From Takakia lepidozioides (Eukaryota; Plantae; Bryophyta), in NCBI GenBank assembly GCA_030704615.1, contig JAKLZA010000301.1, forward strand, positions 1-7,243: 7,243 bases of DNA, in the 5' to 3' direction. Every line of letters starts with the position of its first letter. Within the stretch, counting starts at the first letter, position 1. The translations under genes were made by a program, and so were the position numbers. The notes under the pieces were generated by a model, which worked only from the letters and a program-made list of their open reading frames with translations, was not told the origin of the DNA and searched no databases. This document shows, piece by piece, positions 1 to 6,952 of this stretch.

Positions 1-43
1 TTTTGGTTATTGCCACATTAAAAAGAAATGAAAGACATGGGAC

Positions 44-862
44 ATGAGTGATGAAAAAGAAGCTAGACGACAGAGATATTCAGCAAAAAGAGAAAGCTAT
101 CTGAAAGCTAATTATCCATATCTTTGGGAGAGAGGAATAGACATAGGGGAATCATCTGGACCTCTCACACCATCAAGATCAAAGAGTGCATCACCTATAC
201 CGGAAGAACTAGAGTTGGATGCCACTCCTTCTGTTTCTTTGCAAGAAAGATTAAGGGAATTGGTACAGGAAGAAGATCAATCACGAGGTGAAAGATCTGA
301 GGTACATCCTTGGATAAAAGACTTGACAGAAATCTTTGATAAGAGTTGGCATGGAACACCAAAAGCAGGAACTCCAGTTTCTGAAGCAGAAGATGAAGAA
401 GGAGAAGAGGATGTGGCGCCAACGGAGAGTTCAGACTCTCCAACACCATTACAGTTGAGTTACATGAGTGAAGAAGAAACCCAAGGGCAGAACTTGGAGG
501 ATGAAAACAGAGAGAAGAAATTAGAAGAGGAAGAATATGAAGAAGTAGACCCAACAGCTGAGGTTGAGACTACAACCAGGACATCCCAACCCGTTGGACC
601 TGGATCAAGTGGAGCACTTGGATCACAGGCCAACGAAGGTGTCGGCTCAGGGGGATCAGGCGGGCTGCCTGGATCTGGCTCTGGGGGGACAGGGAGTGTG
701 GGAAGTAGTGCAACTGAAGCTGGGAATACTGTGAATATCGTGGGGCCAGAAGCAGGAGTGCTCAAGGGCCACCACTTGGTGGAAGATCCACCACAAAAAC
801 AACAGGTCCAGAAGGACCAGCACCAGCAAGGGTGCCAGCACCTGTCAGGGGGCAGAAGGTAG
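44..862 (+). CDS. 5' acidic, Gly/Ser-rich, probably disordered ORF: N-terminal extension of Gag (frameshifted near 742-745) or a separate upstream ORF
   Basis: 272-codon ORF from ATG 44 with E/D-rich tracts (EAEDEEGEED, LEEEEYEE) and a GSGGSGG tract. The Gag frame is open back to 718, and one extra G in the G4 run at 742-745 would fuse the two. Confidence 0.6.
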   Translation: MSDEKEARRQRYSAKRESYLKANYPYLWERGIDIGESSGPLTPSRSKSASPIPEELELDATPSVSLQERLRELVQEEDQSRGERSEVHPWIKDLTEIFDKSWHGTPKAGTPVSEAEDEEGEEDVAPTESSDSPTPLQLSYMSEEETQGQNLEDENREKKLEEEEYEEVDPTAEVETTTRTSQPVGPGSSGALGSQANEGVGSGGSGGLPGSGSGGTGSVGSSATEAGNTVNIVGPEAGVLKGHHLVEDPPQKQQVQKDQHQQGCQHLSGGRR

Positions 863-2360
863 GGCCACAGATGGCGTTACAACCAACACGGGCAAAACCA
901 CCCTTTCCAATATATTCAGGAAAAGGGGATCCCGATGTACACATTAGCCAATTTGAGCACATGTGTATAGTGAACAATGAGAATGGCGATGATGCCAAGA
1001 TGAGACTGTTTCCTTGTTCACTTATCAAGAAAGCAAGTGAATGGTATGCAAGATTCCCTGATAATCATTTCCTAACCTGGAATGGCTTGAATACAGCATT
1101 TCGAAATAGGTTCAGGACAAGTAAAACTGAGGATGAAGTGTATGGAAGTTTACAACAGCTGAAGCAGAAGAAGCATGAAACTGTTGAAGAGTATATGGAG
1201 AAGATGGAATTGATGATGAAAAAGCTGGCTGCAGTACCAGCGCCCGGTTTACAGAAGACTTGGTTTGTGAGTGGATAAGACCAGAGTTGCAAAAGAAAGT
1301 GGATATGTTACCCCCATAACACAGTGGAGGAGGCATTTGAAACTGCGAACAGAATTGAGCAATTGGGAATGCTCAGGAGAGAGAAAAAAGAAGATGAGGA
1401 CTCTGAGGATGAGTCAGATGAAGAAGAAGAGCAAGAACTAAAAAGAAAGAGTAAGAGAAAGGAGAAGTTGAAGAGGGATAACTATGAAAAAAATTGGAAG
1501 AAATCTTGAAGAAGTATGCCACAGAGGCTGCAACACATTGGAGGAAGGGTGTATGGTGTGCAAAGTGCCAGAATGAAGGCCATACCACCACAGAATGCCA
1601 CATGAAGGAGAAACACTGTACTATCTGTAAAATGGATAACCATTCTACTGAGAATTGTTACTACAACAGAAGGACAGCTGCAAGAGAACCTAGGCAAGTA
1701 AGGGTGCATCAGGTGCAGCCCCAGCCAAGAAGAAACAATGATCAGGACCACTATGGTAGGTCTGGTGGTTATAACAATGGCATGGAAGGGAGAGGTAATT
1801 CAAGAGGGAATTACCAAGGAAATTCCAGAGGCAACTATCAGGGTAATCCAAGGGGGAATTACCAGCCCGGGAATCAGGATTATAGAAATAATCCAAGAAC
1901 AGACCAAGGGCGAGGACCCAATGGTGAAGAGCTATGTTACTATTGTAATCAGCCAGGACATCGCAAGGCAGCCTGTTCATTCTGGATAAGACACCAGAAT
2001 GAGATGAGAGCTCCTGTGAATGAGGGCCCAGTGGTGGCAGCTCACATGGTTAGGCCATGTGTTGTACCAGAAGTAAGTACAATGATAGTAACAAGAAGTA
2101 AAGCCAAACTAATACCTCCAGTAGAAGAGGAAGAAGATGAGACTGGAAGTGGCAATGATATGCCTGAAGATGAAGAGACTTGGAAAGATGAGAAGGAACT
2201 GCACAAGGAAGTGGCAGATACTATAAGGGAAATGCAAAAGAGTACTGATATTCCTGTGGCAGATTCCTCTGATTCGGATGGAGAAAAAAAGGGAGTGAGG
2301 AAGAAAGGAAAAAAGAAGATGCAGACATGCAAAGTAATGAAGAGACTTTGGCTGAGTAAT
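832..2360 (+). CDS. gag: Gag polyprotein (retrotransposon capsid domain, acidic/basic linker, three zinc knuckles), frameshifted as sequenced
   Basis: Capsid motifs YSGKGDPDVHISQFE, RLFPCSL..KASEWY, TWNGLNTAFRNRF, LKQKKHETVEEY. Repairing indels at 1276 and 1311-1315 gives WFVSGLRPELQKKVDMLPHNTVEEAFETANRIE; repair at the A7 run 1487-1493 joins the knuckle region. Possible start at ATG 871. Confidence 0.9.
1557..1658 (+). other. Tandem CCHC zinc knuckles 1 and 2 (nucleocapsid)
   Basis: CAKCQNEGHTTTEC (1557-1598) and CTICKMDNHSTENC (1617-1658), both exact CX2CX4HX4C. Confidence 0.92.
1794..1865 (+). repeat. 3 x 24-bp coding tandem repeat encoding GN(S/P)RGNYQ
   Basis: Units ggtaattcaagagggaattaccaa / ggaaattccagaggcaactatcag / ggtaatccaagggggaattaccag. 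Confidence 0.9.
1935..1976 (+). other. CCHC zinc knuckle 3
   Basis: CYYCNQPGHRKAAC, exact CX2CX4HX4C. Confidence 0.92.
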
Positions 2361-5300
2361 ATGTCAGACCAAAGCAGAAATTACCATTGGACAGCTATTA
2401 GCTGTGGCACCTTATTGTAGGCACAGGCTGTATCAGGCAATCAATCGAATTGCCCAAGAGACAGGAAACACAGACCTGAACAGCAAGGTGACCAGTTATA
2501 ATGTGAAGCCGGAAGGGCGAGAACCAGTCATGGACTTTGATGATTCTATGCCAGTAATCCAATTGAGAATTGGAAGCACAGAACTAACTGATGTACTGAT
2601 AGATGGTGTTTCTGGAGTAAATATCATGACAGACCAATTAAGGAAGAAGCTTGGTCTAAGTAACATGAAACCAGCCCCATTTACAGTAACAATGGCAGAT
2701 CAAAGAAGTGTACAGCCATTGGGATTAATAAGAGGAGTTAAGATACAGATACAGAAAATGATCTTTATGATCACAGTAACTGTATTAAAAATGGATGAAG
2801 TCATGGAGGCTTACTCCTTATTATTGGGACGTCCGTGGCTGAAACAGGCCAGGGTATTCCATGACTGGAATTCTCAGTTATTAACCGTGCATAATGGGAT
2901 ACACGAGATACAAATTACCACAAAGAAATCTAGTAGATTACCTGCTACAAGAAACCTCGAGGAGTCAGAGAGTATGACTGGAGAGGAGGACTGGATGAGG
3001 AGCAGGAAGCTACCCTATTTGCTGCACACCCAGAGTGGGAGCAGGTTGCGAGATGCGGCTGGAAAGCCTAAGTTGTTTGAGAGGTATCTGCTGTGGTGTA
3101 GTGACAGCAACACCAACTGAAGAGGAAACTAGCATTTACCCATCACATTTCTATGAAGAGAGAGAAGGAGAAATAGAAATCCTAGAAGAACCAGCCACTG
3201 TGAGCTTACAGGATGAAGTGGTGACTGGTTGGACAATCACAGCTGATGAGCAGGTGAGAGAAGTAATGTGGGAACTCAGAGGAACCGAGGATGGTGAAAG
3301 TAGGAGCTGATTTGGAGCCGGAATTCTTCGAAGAAGCTAAAAGCTTGTTCATCAAATACAGAGATGTATTTGCTTGGAGCTATGAGGATCTAAAAGGGAT
3401 ACCACCTGAAGTCTGTCAGCATAAGATTGAACTGGAACCAGGGTCAGTACCAATCAAGCAGGCGAGGTATAGAATGAATCCCAACTACGCACAGAAGGTT
3501 GGAGAAGAGATAAAGAAGTTGGCTGAGGCTAAGTTTATATACCCAATAGAGTATACAACTTGGTTGTCACCCATTGTTATAGTTCCCAAGAAGAATGGCA
3601 AACTAAGAGTATGTGTGAACTATAAGAAGCTGAATGCTTGTACGAAGAAAGATCCTTTCCCTTTGCCATTCACAGAAGCAGTATTAGACACTGTGGCAGG
3701 CCATGAGATGTACTCATTCATGGATGGCTTCAGTGGTTATAATCAAGTGCAAGTGGCAGAAGAAGACCAAGGGAAAACAGCTTTCATCACAGACTGGGGG
3801 GCTTATGCATACAAAGTCATGCCCTTTGGACTTTGTAATGCACCAGCGACCTTTCAGAGAGTGATAAGTGAATCTTTTCATGAGTATCTGGATGATTTCA
3901 TCATGCAGGTATTCTTGGATGATTTTCAGTGTGTACAGCTCTAAGAGTGAGCACTTGCATAAATTGGAGTTATGTTTGGCCAGATGCAGGATGAGAGGTC
4001 TGGGCCTGAATCCAGAGAAGTGTACTTTCTGTGTGAACTCAGGGGTGCTTCTGGGACACATTGTGTGTAAGAAGGGACTCCTTGTGGATCCCAGGAAGAC
4101 AGAGTCCATTAAAGCCTCTCCACCCCCAGTGAATGTTAAAAGTCTACGGAGATTCCTTGGGCAAACCAGTTATTACAGAGATTTGTCAAAAGGTATGCAC
4201 AAATAGCAGCACCATTGAGCAAGCTTTTGAAGAAAGATGCAGTGTTTGCCTGGACAGCTGAATGTCAACAGGCGTTTGAGGAACTTACACTGTCAGTAAC
4301 AACTACACCTGTGCTGATTAACCCTCACTGGCATGTAGTATTTCATGTTCACTGCGATGCATCAGGAGAAGCGTTGGGTGCGGTGTTAGCCCAGAATGTT
4401 ACAGGGAATATAGATTCACCTGTGTACTATGCTAGCCGGTTGATGAACAGTGCTGAGAGGAACTATAGTACAACGGAAAGAGAAGCATTGGCAATGATTT
4501 ATGCAGTCAAGAAATTCAGGCATTACCTATTGGGAAGAAAGTTTATGTTTTATGGATCACCAGGCTCTGATATATCTGGTGAACAAACCTTTGATAAGTG
4601 GAAGGATAGCGAGGTGGTTAATAATCTTGCATGAGTTTGAGTTCGAGGTTATTTACAAGCCTGGCCGTTTGCATCTTGTGGCAGATCATTTGTCACGACT
4701 AACAACAGGAGAGGCCGCCACAGGAGTGGACGATCATTACCTGATGCGAGTTTATTTGTAATGGAGGTGCAAGGAAGTGCAGATGAATGGTTAGATTGGC
4801 AGTGGCCAATCAGATACTACTACTTGCTCATGGTCAGTGCCCACCTAGTTATGGTAAGGAGCAGAGGAAGAGAATTGCTATCAAAGCTTTACCTTATACT
4901 ATGGTAGGAAGCAGAATGTATAAGTTAGGACCTGATGGAGTACTAAAACGATGCTTGTACCACCATGAAGTAAATAAAGTCTTGGAGGAAGTTCATAAAG
5001 GAGTGGCTGGAGGTCATTTTGGAGAAGAGACTACCAGTAGAAGATACTACTTGCAGGATACTGGTGGCCTACTTTGTTCAAAGATGTACACGAGTATTGT
5101 CAGAAGTGTGATGAATGTCAGAGACTAGGACCTTTGCAGAGATCTGGAAGGATGGCCTTGCATCCTACAATGCCTACGGAACCATTTCAGAAATGGGGAC
5201 TAGACTTTGTTGGACCAATTAATCCACCATCCAAGAATACACGAAACAGGTACATAATTACAGCCACTGATTATACTACAAAGTGGGTGGAAGCTAAAGC

Positions 5301-6029
5301 TTTGAGGGACAACACAGCCAAGTCCACAGCAAGGTTCCTGTACGAGAACATACTTACACGATTTGGCTGTCCCTTAGAATTTATCAGTGATCAAGGAAGT
5401 CACTTCATGAATGAGACCATTGAGTTGTTGACTAAAGAGTTTATGATTGTGCATAGAAAGAGTACAACATATTACCCTCAGGGTAATGGGCAGGCAGAGG
5501 CTACCACAAAATACTATGTACTATCTTGGCTAAGATAGTCAATGCAAACAGAACGGATTGGGATACAAAGCTGCTGACAGCTTTATGGTCATACAGGACT
5601 TCATATAAAGTCACCACTAAGTATACACCATTCCAATTAGTTTATGGTATGGAAGCCTTACTTCCAGTGGAATTCCTGTTACCTACCATGAGAACGGAGT
5701 GGGAAAAAGAATGGAATTGCAAGACTCCATCAAGGTCAGGAAACATGAATTATACCATGTGGAAGAAGTACGTGCTGATGCAGCTGATAATATGACCAGA
5801 ATTCAGATGAAGCGAAAGGAACAGTTTGATGAGGCAAGTTAAAGATTTTAAGACGGGGATTTGGTTCTATGGTTGCAGAAGAAAGGAAAGATTCAAGCTT
5901 CTAAGCTTAAATCACCGTGGAAAGGACCTTATGTCATACAAAAGATGTATGATAACAACACCGCCATGTTACAAAACCATTAACAAAGAAATGCTGGGAA
6001 GAGTCAATGCAAATAAGTTGAAGGGGTAC
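2356..6029 (+). CDS. pol: Pol polyprotein (PR-RT-RH-INT), broken by about 15 small indels as sequenced
   Basis: ORF-track fragments 2404-3120, 3035-3310, 3291-3944, 3868-4206, 4215-4634, 4501-4761, 4787-5128, 5074-5538, 5526-5795 and 5826-6206 join into a continuous Pol-like protein after 1-2 nt corrections. Confidence 0.95.
2548..2900 (+). other. Retropepsin-like aspartic protease domain
   Basis: VLIDGVSGVNIM (catalytic Asp codon 2602-2604), flap-like VTMADQRSVQPLG, and LLLGRPWL at 2818-2841. Confidence 0.9.
3400..4100 (+). other. Reverse transcriptase domain
   Basis: YSFMDGFSGYNQV (first catalytic Asp), YKVMPFGLCNAPATFQR, VFLDD at 3909-3923, then after removing one T at 3923-3926 FSVYS...LNPEKCTF...LLGHIV. 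Confidence 0.97.
4338..4700 (+). other. Ribonuclease H domain (Ty3/gypsy type)
   Basis: VHCDASGEALGAVL (Asp 4356), YYASR, RNYSTTEREALA, FRHYLLG, (V)DHQAL after repair at 4554-4555, RIARW, ADHLSR (4681-4698). Confidence 0.95.
4950..6029 (+). other. Integrase: HHCC zinc finger, D,D(35)E core, GPY/F module; no chromodomain
   Basis: His 4994, His 5015, Cys 5107, Cys 5116; WGLD (Asp 5203), ISD (Asp 5389), QAE (Glu 5497) with exactly 35 residues between the second D and E; TPFQLVYG; GDLVL...WKGPYVI (GPY 5924-5932); RVNANKLKGY. Confidence 0.96.
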
Positions 6030-6170
6030 AGTGGTATCCCTGACAAACCCTGCAGCATGATTTGTCATGTTGAACCGCAAGAGCAGTCACGGGCTGCCCC
6101 AGTGTTACGAACGGAGTATGGAACACTTGTCGCTAGGCCCAGCATATATGACCAGGGCGGGCAAAACAAA

Positions 6171-6432
6171 CGTGACACAGCCAACCACAAGCCACTCACG
6201 GCGTGACACAGCCTATCACAGCCCATCACGACGTGACACGGCCTATCACACCACAGCCCACGCAAGCCACACAGCGTTATCACAGCCCATCACGGCGCAA
6301 CACAGCCTATATACAAACCTACCACACAACAGCCTGTCACAGCCTATCACAGCTGTAACCACAAGTGCATCACATTGCCTATCACAGTGTAACACGTATG
6401 ACACAGCTGTCATCAGCTCAAACACAGCCTAC
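6171..6432. repeat. Degenerate tandem array, about 10-bp unit (CACAGCCTAT-like) organised into about 30-bp higher-order units
   Basis: 6201-6250 reads gcgtgacaca gcctatcaca gcccatcacg acgtgacacg gcctatcaca; 6281-6310 reads cacagcccat cacggcgcaa cacagcctat; further copies at 6331-6350 and 6423-6432. Confidence 0.88.
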
Positions 6433-6817
6433 TAAAGTTACACCAGGCAAGGATGACGGAAGAGGAAACGGAACTACTTTAAAAAGGACCGGGAGGTCAG
6501 GGCGCGACCCCACACAGCAGACAATGAAGTGCAAGGACAGGTGTCAAACAAGAAGAGGACCAAGAACGGCCGTCAAAAGGGATGCAAGCCAGGCCCATAT
6601 AATGAGTACGGAACAAGGGAAACGGAACCGAACGGCAAGTACAGAAAAGCCGAATTCTTTCACATGTGTGATCCTAGAGGACTATCAAGAGGGAAAGTCC
6701 CATAAAGAAGATAAATTTAAAATCCAGTCACAGCAGATTACAGCCAATAGAAAACCAGGAAAGGATCAAGAAAATGGAGGGAAATTGAGCGCAAGAGGCG
6801 GCGTCGTTCTGGAGTAA
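6365..6817 (+). CDS. Hypothetical basic, hydrophilic ORF downstream of integrase (possible Pol tail or accessory ORF)
   Basis: 150 stop-free codons, K/R/G/T/Q-rich, no recognisable domain, no ATG at the listed start. Confidence 0.35.
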   Translation: MHHIAYHSVTRMTQLSSAQTQPTKVTPGKDDGRGNGTTLKRTGRSGRDPTQQTMKCKDRCQTRRGPRTAVKRDASQAHIMSTEQGKRNRTASTEKPNSFTCVILEDYQEGKSHKEDKFKIQSQQITANRKPGKDQENGGKLSARGGVVLE

Positions 6818-6952
6818 CGGGCTCTCGACAGGACAGGCCCAATTAAATGTATAACTTGGAAACTATGGAGGAACTAACAGACTATACGCTCGCAATATTA
6901 CTTTACGCAGTGGCATAGACACGAAAGAAGAGCCGAGCTTTTCTCTTGAGCA

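Noticed and set aside
1-20. ttttggttattgcc as a possible primer binding site
   Set aside because: Only loosely similar to the tRNA-Asp-type PBS (TGGCGCCGTTGCCGGGG); it needs a deletion and several mismatches, and no upstream LTR end is visible.
1487-1494. A_AAA_AAT as a programmed -1 frameshift site
   Set aside because: It lies inside Gag between capsid and nucleocapsid and is indistinguishable from the many other homopolymer deletions.
195-2332. Minus-strand ORFs (195-554, 460-765, 656-841, 762-1028, 1065-1292, 1112-1336, 1373-1603, 1482-1751, 1690-1980, 2042-2332)
   Set aside because: L/S/F/P-rich shadows of the purine-rich gag strand, with no domains and complete overlap with well-supported + strand coding.
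3714-4109. 131-aa antisense ORF over RT
   Set aside because: Shadow of the conserved RT frame; no independent motif.
3291-4206. Prokaryotic RT system (retron, DGR, group II intron) or caulimovirus
   Set aside because: The RT is LTR-type and sits with Gag, protease, RNase H and a DDE integrase; caulimoviruses lack integrase and bacterial RT systems lack these domains.
6065-6283. Antisense 72-aa ORF with CDR repeats
   Set aside because: Simply the reverse reading of the minisatellite; short and without supporting signals.
6171-6432. CRISPR-like array
   Set aside because: Units are contiguous degenerate tandem copies with no unique spacers, no cas genes, and a eukaryotic retroelement context.
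6770-6845. Possible polypurine tract and 3' LTR start near ggagtaacgggc
   Set aside because: Resembles a TGTAAC-type LTR start but lacks the TG, has no clean adjacent purine tract, and there is no second LTR in the window to compare.
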